Shown: in pieces, positions 14,201 through 27,425 of the stretch
How the letters are laid out: each line of letters begins with the position of its first letter
How positions within the stretch are numbered: position 1 is the first letter of the stretch
Source of the DNA: Eledone cirrhosa
Taxonomy: Eukaryota
DNA: 64,000 nt
Assembly: GCA_964016885.1 (NCBI GenBank)
Contig: OZ024744.1
Span: forward strand, 2,604,001 to 2,668,000
Direction of reading: 5' to 3'
Translations under genes and position numbers: made by a program
Notes under the pieces: model-generated
Database searches by the model: none
Seen by the model: the letters and a program-made list of their open reading frames with translations, nothing else
Told to the model about the DNA's origin: nothing

Positions 14201-15400
14201 AGGTAGAGAAAGATAGCTTGGTGAAGAACGACATTTTGGGGGAAGAAAGGTAGAGAAAGATAGCTTGGTGAAGAACAAAGTTTTGGGGGAAGACAAGGTA
14301 TAGAAAGATAGCTTGGTGAAGAACGAAGTATTGAGGGAAGACTCGGTAGAGAAAGATAGCTTGGTGAAGAACGAAGTTTTGAGGGAAGACAAGGTAGAGA
14401 AAGATAGCTTGGTGAAGAACGAGGTTTTGAGGGAAGACAAGGTAGAGAAAGATAGCTTGGTGAAGAACGACGTTTTGGGGGAAGAAAGGTAGAGAAAGAT
14501 AGCTTGGTGAAGAACAAAGTTTTGGGGGAAGACAAGGTAGAGAAAGATAGCTTGGTGAAGAACGAAGTGTTGGGGAAGACAATGTAGAGAAAGATAGCTT
14601 GGTGAAGAACGAAGTTTTGGGGGAAGACAAGGTAGAGAAAGATAGCTTGGTGAAGAACGAAGGTTTGAGGGAAGACAAGGTAGAGAAAGATAGCTTGGTG
14701 AATAACAAAGTTTTGGGAGAAGACAAGGTCGAGAAAGATAGCTTGGTGAAGAACGAAGTTTTGAGGGTAGACAAGGTAGAGAAAGATAGCTTGGTGAAGA
14801 ACGACGTTTTGAGGGAAGACAAGATAGAGAAAGATAGCTTGGTGAAGAACGACGTTTTGTGGGAAGACAAGGTAGAGAAAGATAGCTTGGTGAAGAACGA
14901 AGTTTTGTGGGAAGACAAGGTAGAGAAAGATAGCTTGGTGAAGAACGAAGTTTTGGGGGAAGACAAGGTAGAGAAAGATAGCTTGGTGAAGAACGAAGTT
15001 TTGGGGGAAGACAAGGTAGAGAAAGATAGCTTGGTGAAGAACGAAGTTTTGGGGGAAATCAAGGTAGAGAATAATAGTTTGGTGAAGAACGAAGTTTTGG
15101 GGGAAGACAAGGTAGAGAAAGATAGCTTGGTGAAGAACGACGTTTTGAGGGAAGACAAGGTAGAGAAAGATAGCTTGGTGAAGAACGAAGTTTTGGGGAA
15201 GACAATGTAGAGAAAGATAGCTTGGTGAAGAACGAAGTTTTGGGGGAAGACAAGGTAGAGAAAGATAGCTTGGTGAAGAACTAAGTTTTGGGAGAAAACA
15301 AGGTAGAGAAAGATAGCTTGGTGAAGAACGAAGTTTTGAGGGAAGACAAGGTAGAGAAAGATAGCTTGGTGAAGAACGACGTTTTGAGGGAAGACAAGGT
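11280..15400 (+). repeat. Non-adjacent ~4-kb copy of ~3960-8080 (offset 7,322 bp)
   Basis: ORF starts 4263/11585, 4646/11968, 5335/12657, 6035/13357 and 7277/14599 all differ by 7,322. Shared variants are TGGGTAGAC, AGCAGGGTG and TGTGGAAGACAATGTAGATAAAG. Confidence 0.8.
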
Positions 15401-18400
15401 AGAGAAAGATAGCTTGGTGAAGAACGACGTTTTGTGGGAAGACAAGGTAGAGAAAGATAGCTTGGTGAAGAACGAAGTTTTGGGGGAAGACAAGGTAGAG
15501 AAAGATAGCTTGGTGAATAACGAAGTTTTGGGAGAAGACAAGGTCGAGAAAGATAGCTTGGTGAAGAACGAAATTTTGAGGGAAGACAAGGTAGAGAAAG
15601 ATAGCTTGGTGAAGAACGACGTTTTGAGGGAAGACAAGATAGAGAAAGATAGCTTGGTGAAGAACGACGTTTTGTGGGAAGACAAGGTGGAGAAAGATAG
15701 CTTGGTGAAGAACGAAGTTTTGGGGGAAGACAAGTTAGAGAAAGATAGCTTGGTGAAGAACGAAGTTTTGGTGGAAGACAAGGTAGAGAAAGATAGCTTG
15801 GTGAAGAACGATGTTTTGGGGAAGACAATGTAGAGAAAGATAGCTTGGTGAAGAACGAAGTTTTGGGGGAAGACAAGGTAGAGAAAGATAGCTTGGTGAA
15901 GAACGAAGTTTTGAGGGAAGACAAGGTAGAGAAAGATAGCTTGGTGAATAACGAAGTTTTGGGAGAAGACAAGGTAGAGAAAGATAGTTGGTGAAGAACG
16001 AAGTTTTGAGGGAAGACAATTTAGAGAAAGATAGATTGGTGAAGAACGACGTTTTGAGGGAAGACAAGGTAGAGAAAGATAGCTTGGTGAAGAACGACGT
16101 TTTGTGGGAAGACAAGGTAGAGAAAGATAGCCTGGTGAAGAACGAAGTTTTGGGGGAAGACAAGGTAGAGAAAGATAGCTTGGTGAATAACGAAATGTTG
16201 GGAGAAGACAAGGTCGAGAAAGATAGCTTGGTGAAGAACGAAATTTTGAGGGAAGACAATGTAGAGAAAGATAGCTTGGTGAAGAACGAAGTTTTGGGGG
16301 AAGACAAGGTAGAGAAAGATAGCTTGGTGAAGAACGAAGTTTTGGGGGAAGACAAGGTAGAGAAAGATAGCTTGGTGAAGAACGAAGTTTTGGGGGAAGA
16401 CAAGGTAGAGAAAGATAGCTTGGTGAAGAACGAAGTTTTGGGGGAAGACAAGGTAGAGAAAGATAGCTTGGTGAAGAACGAAGTTTTGTGGAAGACAATG
16501 TAGAGAAAGATAGCTTGGTGAAGAACGAAGTTTTGGGGAAGACAAGGTAGAGAAAGATAGCTTGGTGAATAACGAAGTTTTGGGAGAAGACAAGGTAGAG
16601 AAAGATAGCTTGGTGAAGAACGAAGTTTTGAGGGAAGACAAGGTAGAGAAAGATAGCTTGGTGAAGAACGACATTTTGAGGGAAGACAAGGTAGAGAAAG
16701 ATAGCTTGGTGAAGAACGACGTTTTGTGGGAAGACAAGGTAGAGAAAGATAGCTTGGTGAAGAACGAAGTTTTGGGGGAAGACAAGGTAGAGAAAGATAG
16801 CTTGGTGAAGAACGAAGTTTTGGGGGAAGACAAGGTAGAGAAAGATAGCTTGGTGAAGAACGAAGTTTTGGGGGAAGACAAGGTAGAGAAAGATAGCTTG
16901 GTGAAGAACGAAGTGTTGGGGAAGACAATGTAGAGAAAGATAGCTTGGTGAAGAACGAAGTTTTGGGGGAAGACAAGGTAGAGAAAGATAGCTTGGTGAA
17001 GAACGAAGGTTTGAGGGAAGACAAGGTAGAGAAAGATAGCTTGGTGAATAACAAAGTTTTGGGAGAAGACAAGGTCGAGAAAGATAGCTTGGTGAAGAAC
17101 GAAGTTTTGAGGGTAGACAAGGTAGAGAAAGATAGCTTGGTGAAGAACGACGTTTTGAGGGAAGACAAGATAGAGAAAGATAGCTTGGTGAAGAACGACG
17201 TTTTGTGGGAAGACAAGGTAGAGAAAGATAGCTTGGTGAAGAACGAAGTTTTGTGGGAAGACAAGGTAGAGAAAGATAGCTTGGTGAAGAACGAAGTTTT
17301 GGGGGAAGACAAGGTAGAGAAAGATAGCTTGGTGAAGAACGAAGTTTTGGGGGAAGACAAGGTAGAGAAAGATAGCTTGGTGAAGAACGAAGTTTTGGGG
17401 GAAATCAAGGTAGAGAATAATAGTTTGGTGAAGAACGAAGTTTTGGGGGAAGACAAGGTAGAGAAAGATAGCTTGGTGAAGAACGACGTTTTGAGGGAAG
17501 ACAAGGTAGAGAAAGATAGCTTGGTGAAGAACGAAGTTTTGGGGAAGACAATGTAGAGAAAGATAGCTTGGTGAAGAACGAAGTTTTGGGGGAAGACAAG
17601 GTAGAGAAAGATAGCTTGGTGAAGAACGAAGTTTTGAGGGAAGACAAGGTAGAGAAAGATAGCTTGGTGAAGAACGACGTTTTGAGGGAAGACAAGGTAG
17701 AGAAAGATAGCTTGGTGAAGAACGACGTTTTGTGGGAAGACAAGGTAGAGAAAGATAGCTTGGTGAAGAACGACGTTTTGGGGGAAGACAAGGTAGAGAA
17801 AGATAGCTTGGTGAATAACGAAGTTTTGGGAGAAGACAAGGTCGAGAAAGATAGCTTGGTGAAGAACGAAATTTTGAGGGAAGACAAGGTAGAGAAAGAT
17901 AGCTTGGTGAAGAACGACGTTTTGAGGGAAGACAAGATAGAGAAAGATAGCTTGGTGAAGAACGACGTTTTGTGGGAAGACAAGGTGGAGAAAGATAGCT
18001 TGGTGAAGAACGAAGTTTTGGGGGAAGACAAGTTAGAGAAAGATAGCTTGGTGAAGAACGAAGTTTTGGTGGAAGACAAGGTAGAGAAAGATAGCTTGGT
18101 GAAGAACGATGTTTTGGGGAAGACAATGTAGAGAAAGATAGCTTGGTGAAGAACGAAGTTTTGGGGGAAGACAAGGTAGAGAAAGATAGCTTGGTGAAGA
18201 ACGAAGTTTTGAGGGAAGACAAGGTAGAGAAAGATAGCTTGGTGAATAACGAAGTTTTGGGAGAAGACAAGGTAGAGAAAGATAGTTGGTGAAGAACGAA
18301 GTTTTGAGGGAAGACAATTTAGAGAAAGATAGATTGGTGAAGAACGACGTTTTGAGGGAAGACAAGGTAGAGAAAGATAGCTTGGTGAAGAACGGCGTTT

Positions 18401-21400
18401 TGTGGGAAGACAAGGTAGAGAAAGATAGCTTGGTGAAGAACGAAGTTTTGGGGGAAGACAAGGTAGAGAAAGATAGCTTGGTGAAGAACGAAGTTTTGGG
18501 GAAGACAATGTAGAGAAAGATAGCTTGGTGAAGAACGAAGTTTTGGGGGAAGACAAGGTAGAGAAAGATAGCTTGGTGAAGAACGAAGTTTTGAGGGAAG
18601 ACAAGGTAGAGAAAGATAGCTTGGTGAATAACGAAGTTTTGGGAGAAGACAAGGTAGAGAAAGATAGCTTGGTGAAGAACGACGTTTTGAGGGAAGACAA
18701 GGTAGAGAAAGATAGCTTGGTGAAGAACGAAGTTTTGGGGAAGACAATGTAGAGAAAGATAGCTTGGTGAAGAACGAAGTTTTGGGGGAAGACAAGGTAG
18801 AGAAAGATAGCTTGGTGAAGAACGAAGTTTTGAGGGAAGACAAGGTAGAGAAAGATAGCTTGGTGAAGAACGAAGTTTTGAGGGAAGTCAAGGTAGAGAA
18901 AGATAGCTTGGTGAAGAACGACGTTTTGAGGGAATACAAGGTAGAGAAAGATACCTTGGTGAAGAACGACGTTTTGGGGGAAGACAAGGTAGAGAAAGAT
19001 AGCTTGGTGAAGAACAACGTTTTGGGGGAAGACAAGGAAGAGAAAGATAGCTTGGTGAAGAACGAAGTATTGAGGGAAGACTCGGTAGAGAAAGATAGCT
19101 TGGTGAAGAACGAAGTTTTGAGGGAAGACAAGGTAGAGAAATATAGCTTGGTGAAGAACGAGGTTTTGAGGGAAGACAAGGTAGAGAAAGATAGCTTGGT
19201 GAAGAACGAAGTTTTGGGGGAAGACAAGGTAGAGAAAGATAGCTTCGTGAAGAACGAAGTTTTGAGGGAAGACAAGGTAGAGAAATATAGCTTGGTGAAG
19301 AACGAAGTTTTGGGGGAAGACAATGTAGAGAAAGATAGATTGCTGAAGAACGAAGTTTTGAGGGACGACAAAGTAGAGAAAGATAGCTTGGTGAAGAACG
19401 AAGTTTTGGGGAAGACAAGGTAGAGAAAGATAGCTTGGTGAAGAACGAAGTTTTGAGGGAAGACAAGGTAGAGAAAGATAGCTTGGTGAAGAACGAGGTT
19501 TTGAGGGAAGACAAGGTAGAGAAAGATAGCTTGGTGAAGAACGACGTTTTGAGGGAAGACAAGGTAGAGAAAGATAGCTTGGTGAAGAACGACGTTTTGG
19601 GGGAAGAAAGGTAGAGAAAGATAGCTTGGTGAAGAACAAAGTTTTGGGGGAAGACAAGGTATAGAAAGATAGCTTGGTGAAGAACGAAGTATTGAGGGAA
19701 GACTCGGTAGAGAAAGATAGCTTGGTGAAGAACGAAGTTTTTAGGGAAGACAAGGTAGAGAAAGATAGCTTGGTGAAGAACGAGGTTTTGAGGGAAGACA
19801 AGGTAGAGAAAGATAGCTTGGTGAAGAACGACGTTTTGGGGGAAGAAAGGTAGAGAAAGATAGCTTGGTGAAGAACAAAGTTTTGGGGGAAGACAAGGTA
19901 GAGAAAGATAGCTTGGTGAAGAACGAAGTGTTGGGGAAGACAATGTAGAGAAAGATAGCTTGGTGAAGAACGAAGTTTTGGGGGAAGACAAGGTAGAGAA
20001 AGATAGCTTGGTGAAGAACGAAGGTTTGAGGGAAGACAAGGTAGAGAAAGATAGCTTGGTGAATAACAAAGTTTTGGGAGAAGACAAGGTCGAGAAAGAT
20101 AGCTTGGTGAAGAACGAAGTTTTGAGGGTAGACAAGGTAGAGAAAGATAGCTTGGTGAAGAACGACGTTTTGAGGGAAGACAAGATAGAGAAAGATAGCT
20201 TGGTGAAGAACGACGTTTTGTGGGAAGACAAGGTAGAGAAAGATAGCTTGGTGAAGAACGAAGTTTTGTGGGAAGACAAGGTAGAGAAAGATAGCTTGGT
20301 GAAGAACGAAGTTTTGGGGGAAGACAAGGTAGAGAAAGATAGCTTGGTGAAGAACGAAGTTTTGGGGGAAGACAAGGTAGAGAAAGATAGCTTGGTGAAG
20401 AACGAAGTTTTGGGGGAAATCAAGGTAGAGAATAATAGTTTGGTGAAGAACGAAGTTTTGGGGGAAGACAAGGTAGAGAAAGATAGCTTGGTGAAGAACG
20501 ACGTTTTGAGGGAAGACAAGGTAGAGAAAGATAGCTTGGTGAAGAACGAAGTTTTGGGGAAGACAATGTAGAGAAAGATAGCTTGGTGAAGAACGAAGTT
20601 TTGGGGGAAGACAAGGTAGAGAAAGATAGCTTGGTGAAGAACTAAGTTTTGGGAGAAAACAAGGTAGAGAAAGATAGCTTGGTGAAGAACGAAGTTTTGA
20701 GGGAAGACAAGGTAGAGAAAGATAGCTTGGTGAATAACGAAGTTTTGGGAGAAGACAAGGTCGAGAAAGATAGCTTGGTGAAGAACGAAATTTTGAGGGA
20801 AGCCAAGGTAGAGAAAGATAGCTTGGTGAAGAACGACGTTTTGAGGGAAGACAAGATAGAGAAAGATAGCTTGGTGAAGAACGACGTTTTGTGGGAAGAC
20901 AAGGTGGAGAAAGATAGCTTGGTGAAGAACGAAGTTTTGGGGGAAGACAAGTTAGAGAAAGATAGCTTGGTGAAGAACGAAGTTTTGGTGGAAGACAAGG
21001 TAGAGAAAGATAGCTTGGTGAAGAACGATGTTTTGGGGAAGACAATGTAGATAAAGATAGCTTGGTGAAGAACGAAGTTTTGGGGGAAGACAAGGTAGAG
21101 AAAGATAGCTTGGTGAAGAACGAAGTTTTGAGGGAAGACAAGGTAGAGAAAGATAGCTTGGTGAATAACGAAGTTTTGGGAGAAGACAAGGTAGAGAAAG
21201 ATAGCTTGGTGAAGAACGAAGTTTTGGGGGAAGACAAGGTAGAGAAAGATAGCTTGGTGAAGAACGAAGTTTTGGGGGAAATCAAGGTAGAGAATAATAG
21301 TTTGGTGAAGAACGAAGTTTTGGGGGAAGACAAGGTAGAGAAAGATAGCTTGGTGAAGAACGACGTTTTGAGGGAAGACAAGGTAGAGAAAGATAGCTTG

Positions 21401-24400
21401 GTGAAGAACGAAGTTTTGGGGAAGACAATGTAGAGAAAGATAGCTTGGTGAAGAACGAAGTTTTGGGGGAAGACAAGGTAGAGAAAGATAGCTTGGTGAA
21501 GAACTAAGTTTTGGGAGAAAACAAGGTAGAGAAAGATAGCTTGGTGAAGAACGAAGTTTTGAGGGAAGACAAGGTAGAGAAAGATAGCTTGGTGAAGAAC
21601 GACGTTTTGAGGGAAGACAAGGTAGAGAAAGATAGCTTGGTGAAGAACGACGTTTTGTGGGAAGACAAGGTAGAGAAAGATAGCTTGGTGAAGAACGAAG
21701 TTTTGGGGGAAGACAAGGTAGAGAAAGATAGCTTGGTGAATAACGAAGTTTTGGGAGAAGACAAGGTCGAGAAAGATAGCTTGGTGAAGAACGAAATTTT
21801 GAGGGAAGACAAGGTAGAGAAAGATAGCTTGGTGAAGAACGACGTTTTGAGGGAAGACAAGATAGAGAAAGATAGCTTGGTGAAGAACGACGTTTTGTGG
21901 GAAGACAAGGTGGAGAAAGATAGCTTGGTGAAGAACGAAGTTTTGGGGGAAGACAAGTTAGAGAAAGATAGCTTGGTGAAGAACGAAGTTTTGGTGGAAG
22001 ACAAGGTAGAGAAAGATAGCTTGGTGAAGAACGATGTTTTGGGGAAGACAATGTAGAGAAAGATAGCTTGGTGAAGAACGAAGTTTTGGGGGAAGACAAG
22101 GTAGAGAAAGATAGCTTGGTGAAGAACGAAGTTTTGAGGGAAGACAAGGTAGAGAAAGATAGCTTGGTGAATAACGAAGTTTTGGGAGAAGACAAGGTAG
22201 AGAAAGATAGTTGGTGAAGAACGAAGTTTTGAGGGAAGACAATTTAGAGAAAGATAGATTGGTGAAGAACGACGTTTTGAGGGAAGACAAGGTAGAGAAA
22301 GATAGCTTGGTGAAGAACGACGTTTTGTGGGAAGACAAGGTAGAGAAAGATAGCCTGGTGAAGAACGAAGTTTTGGGGGAAGACAAGGTAGAGAAAGATA
22401 GCTTGGTGAATAACGAAATGTTGGGAGAAGACAAGGTCGAGAAAGATAGCTTGGTGAAGAACGAAATTTTGAGGGAAGACAATGTAGAGAAAGATAGCTT
22501 GGTGAAGAACGAAGTTTTGGGGGAAGACAAGGTAGAGAAAGATAGCTTGGTGAAGAACGAAGTTTTGGGGGAAGACAAGGTAGAGAAAGATAGCTTGGTG
22601 AAGAACGAAGTTTTGGGGGAAGACAAGGTAGAGAAAGATAGCTTGGTGAAGAACGAAGTTTTGGGGGAAGACAAGGTAGAGAAAGATAGCTTGGTGAAGA
22701 ACGAAGTTTTGTGGAAGACAATGTAGAGAAAGATAGCTTGGTGAAGAACGAAGTTTTGGGGAGGACAAGGTAGAGAAAGATAGCTTGGTGAATAACGAAG
22801 TTTTGGGAGAAGACAAGGTAGAGAAAGATAGCTTGGTGAAGAACGAAGTTTTGAGGGAAGACAAGGTAGAGAAAGATAGCTTGGTGAAGAACGACATTTT
22901 GAGGGAAGACAAGGTAGAGAAAGATAGCTTGGTGAAGAACGACGTTTTGTGGGAAGACAAGGTAGAGAAAGATAGCTTGGTGAAGAACGAAGTTTTGGGG
23001 GAAGACAAGGTAGAGAAAGATAGCTTGGTGAAGAACGAAGTTTTGGGGGAAGACAAGGTAGAGAAAGATAGCTTGGTGAAGAACGAAGTTTTGGGGGAAG
23101 ACAAGGTAGAGAAAGATAGCTTGGTGAAGAACGAAGTGTTGGGGAAGACAATGTAGAGAAAGATAGCTTGGTGAAGAACGAAGTTTTGGGGGAAGACAAG
23201 GTAGAGAAAGATAGCTTGGTGAAGAACGAAGGTTTGAGGGAAGACAAGGTAGAGAAAGATAGCTTGGTGAATAACAAAGTTTTGGGAGAAGACAAGGTCG
23301 AGAAAGATAGCTTGGTGAAGAACGAAGTTTTGAGGGTAGACAAGGTAGAGAAAGATAGCTTGGTGAAGAACGACGTTTTGAGGGAAGACAAGATAGAGAA
23401 AGATAGCTTGGTGAAGAACGACGTTTTGTGGGAAGACAAGGTAGAGAAAGATAGCTTGGTGAAGAACGAAGTTTTGGGGGAAGACAAGGTAGAGAAAGAT
23501 AGCTTGGTGAAGAACGAAGTTTTGGGGGAAGACAAGGTAGAGAAAGATAGCTTGGTGAAGAACGAAGTTTTGGGGGAAATCAAGGTAGAGAATAATAGTT
23601 TGGTGAAGAACGAAGTTTTGGGGGAAGACAAGGTAGAGAAAGATAGCTTGGTGAAGAACGACGTTTTGAGGGAAGACAAGGTAGAGAAAGATAGCTTGGT
23701 GAAGAACGAAGTTTTGGGGAAGACAATGTAGAGAAAGATAGCTTGGTGAAGAACGAAGTTTTGGGGGAAGACAAGGTAGAGAAAGATAGCTTGGTGAAGA
23801 ACTAAGTTTTGGGAGAAAACAAGGTAGAGAAAGATAGCTTGGTGAAGAACGAAGTTTTGAGGGAAGACAAGGTAGAGAAAGATAGCTTGGTGAAGAACGA
23901 CGTTTTGAGGGAAGACAAGGTAGAGAAAGATAGCTTGGTGAAGAACGACGTTTTGTGGGAAGACAAGGTAGAGAAAGATAGCTTGGTGAAGAACGACGTT
24001 TTGGGGGAAGACAAGGTAGAGAAAGATAGCTTGGTGAATAACGAAGTTTTGGGAGAAGACAAGGTCGAGAAAGATAGCTTGGTGAAGAACGAAATTTTGA
24101 GGGAAGACAAGGTAGAGAAAGATAGCTTGGTGAAGAACGACGTTTTGAGGGAAGACAAGATAGAGAAAGATAGCTTGGTGAAGAACGACGTTTTGTGGGA
24201 AGACAAGGTGGAGAAAGATAGCTTGGTGAAGAACGAAGTTTTGGGGGAAGACAAGTTAGAGAAAGATAGCTTGGTGAAGAACGAAGTTTTGGTGGAAGAC
24301 AAGGTAGAGAAAGATAGCTTGGTGAAGAACGATGTTTTGGGGAAGACAATGTAGAGAAAGATAGCTTGGTGAAGAACGAAGTTTTGGGGGAAGACAAGGT

Positions 24401-27400
24401 AGAGAAAGATAGCTTGGTGAAGAACGAAGTTTTGAGGGAAGACAAGGTAGAGAAAGATAGCTTGGTGAATAACGAAGTTTTGGGAGAAGACAAGGTAGAG
24501 AAAGATAGTTGGTGAAGAACGAAGTTTTGAGGGAAGACAATTTAGAGAAAGATAGATTGGTGAAGAACGACGTTTTGAGGGAAGACAAGGTAGAGAAAGA
24601 TAGCTTGGTGAAGAACGGCGTTTTGTGGGAAGACAAGGTAGAGAAAGATAGCTTGGTGAAGAACGAAGTTTTGGGGGAAGACAAGGTAGAGAAAGATAGC
24701 TTGGTGAAGAACGAAGTTTTGGGGAAGACAATGTAGAGAAAGATAGCTTGGTGAAGAACGAAGTTTTGGGGGAAGACAAGGTAGAGAAAGATAGCTTGGT
24801 GAAGAACGAAGTTTTGAGGGAAGACAAGGTAGAGAAAGATAGCTTGGTGAATAACGAAGTTTTGGGAGAAGACAAGGTAGAGAAAGATAGCTTGGTGAAG
24901 AACGACGTTTTGAGGGAAGACAAGGTAGAGAAAGATAGCTTGGTGAAGAACGAAGTTTTGGGGAAGACAATGTAGAGAAAGATAGCTTGGTGAAGAACGA
25001 AGTTTTGGGGGAAGACAAGGTAGAGAAAGATAGCTTGGTGAAGAACGAAGTTTTGAGGGAAGACAAGGTAGAGAAAGATAGCTTGGTGAAGAACGAAGTT
25101 TTGAGGGAAGTCAAGGTAGAGAAAGATAGCTTGGTGAAGAACGACGTTTTGAGGGAATACAAGGTAGAGAAAGATACCTTGGTGAAGAACGACGTTTTGG
25201 GGGAAGACAAGGTAGAGAAAGATAGCTTGGTGAAGAACAACGTTTTGGGGGAAGACAAGGAAGAGAAAGATAGCTTGGTGAAGAACGAAGTATTGAGGGA
25301 AGACTCGGTAGAGAAAGATAGCTTGGTGAAGAACGAAGTTTTGAGGGAAGACAAGGTAGAGAAATATAGCTTGGTGAAGAACGAGGTTTTGAGGGAAGAC
25401 AAGGTAGAGAAAGATAGCTTGGTGAAGAACGAAGTTTTGGGGGAAGACAAGGTAGAGAAAGATAGCTTCGTGAAGAACGAAGTTTTGAGGGAAGACAAGG
25501 TAGAGAAATATAGCTTGGTGAAGAACGAAGTTTTGGGGGAAGACAATGTAGAGAAAGATAGATTGCTGAAGAACGAAGTTTTGAGGGACGACAAAGTAGA
25601 GAAAGATAGCTTGGTGAAGAACGAAGTTTTGGGGAAGACAAGGTAGAGAAAGATAGCTTGGTGAAGAACGAAGTTTTGAGGGAAGACAAGGTAGAGAAAG
25701 ATAGCTTGGTGAAGAACGAGGTTTTGAGGGAAGACAAGGTAGAGAAAGATAGCTTGGTGAAGAACGACGTTTTGAGGGAAGACAAGGTAGAGAAAGATAG
25801 CTTGGTGAAGAACGACGTTTTGGGGGAAGAAAGGTAGAGAAAGATAGCTTGGTGAAGAACAAAGTTTTGGGGGAAGACAAGGTATAGAAAGATAGCTTGG
25901 TGAAGAACGAAGTATTGAGGGAAGACTCGGTAGAGAAAGATAGCTTGGTGAAGAACGAAGTTTTTAGGGAAGACAAGGTAGAGAAAGATAGCTTGGTGAA
26001 GAACGAGGTTTTGAGGGAAGACAAGGTAGAGAAAGATAGCTTGGTGAAGAACGACGTTTTGGGGGAAGAAAGGTAGAGAAAGATAGCTTGGTGAAGAACA
26101 AAGTTTTGGGGGAAGACAAGGTAGAGAAAGATAGCTTGGTGAAGAACGAAGTGTTGGGGAAGACAATGTAGAGAAAGATAGCTTGGTGAAGAACGAAGTT
26201 TTGGGGGAAGACAAGGTAGAGAAAGATAGCTTGGTGAAGAACGAAGGTTTGAGGGAAGACAAGGTAGAGAAAGATAGCTTGGTGAATAACAAAGTTTTGG
26301 GAGAAGACAAGGTCGAGAAAGATAGCTTGGTGAAGAACGAAGTTTTGAGGGTAGACAAGGTAGAGAAAGATAGCTTGGTGAAGAACGACGTTTTGAGGGA
26401 AGACAAGATAGAGAAAGATAGCTTGGTGAAGAACGACGTTTTGTGGGAAGACAAGGTAGAGAAAGATAGCTTGGTGAAGAACGAAGTTTTGTGGGAAGAC
26501 AAGGTAGAGAAAGATAGCTTGGTGAAGAACGAAGTTTTGGGGGAAGACAAGGTAGAGAAAGATAGCTTGGTGAAGAACGAAGTTTTGGGGGAAGACAAGG
26601 TAGAGAAAGATAGCTTGGTGAAGAACGAAGTTTTGGGGGAAATCAAGGTAGAGAATAATAGTTTGGTGAAGAACGAAGTTTTGGGGGAAGACAAGGTAGA
26701 GAAAGATAGCTTGGTGAAGAACGACGTTTTGAGGGAAGACAAGGTAGAGAAAGATAGCTTGGTGAAGAACGAAGTTTTGGGGAAGACAATGTAGAGAAAG
26801 ATAGCTTGGTGAAGAACGAAGTTTTGGGGGAAGACAAGGTAGAGAAAGATAGCTTGGTGAAGAACTAAGTTTTGGGAGAAAACAAGGTAGAGAAAGATAG
26901 CTTGGTGAAGAACGAAGTTTTGAGGGAAGACAAGGTAGAGAAAGATAGCTTGGTGAATAACGAAGTTTTGGGAGAAGACAAGGTCGAGAAAGATAGCTTG
27001 GTGAAGAACGAAATTTTGAGGGAAGCCAAGGTAGAGAAAGATAGCTTGGTGAAGAACGACGTTTTGAGGGAAGACAAGATAGAGAAAGATAGCTTGGTGA
27101 AGAACGACGTTTTGTGGGAAGACAAGGTGGAGAAAGATAGCTTGGTGAAGAACGAAGTTTTGGGGGAAGACAAGTTAGAGAAAGATAGCTTGGTGAAGAA
27201 CGAAGTTTTGGTGGAAGACAAGGTAGAGAAAGATAGCTTGGTGAAGAACGATGTTTTGGGGAAGACAATGTAGATAAAGATAGCTTGGTGAAGAACGAAG
27301 TTTTGGGGGAAGACAAGGTAGAGAAAGATAGCTTGGTGAAGAACGAAGTTTTGAGGGAAGACAAGGTAGAGAAAGATAGCTTGGTGAATAACGAAGTTTT

Positions 27401-27425
27401 GGGAGAAGACAAGGTAGAGAAAGAT
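14980..27425 (+). repeat. Tandem duplication of a 6,223-bp block (A + B-long + partial unit)
   Basis: ORF starts 15288/21511, 15988/22211, 16945/23168, 18286/24509, 18764/24987, 19960/26183 and 20649/26872 are all offset by 6,223. The shared rare variant AGCCTGG lies at ~16132 and ~22355. Confidence 0.88.
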
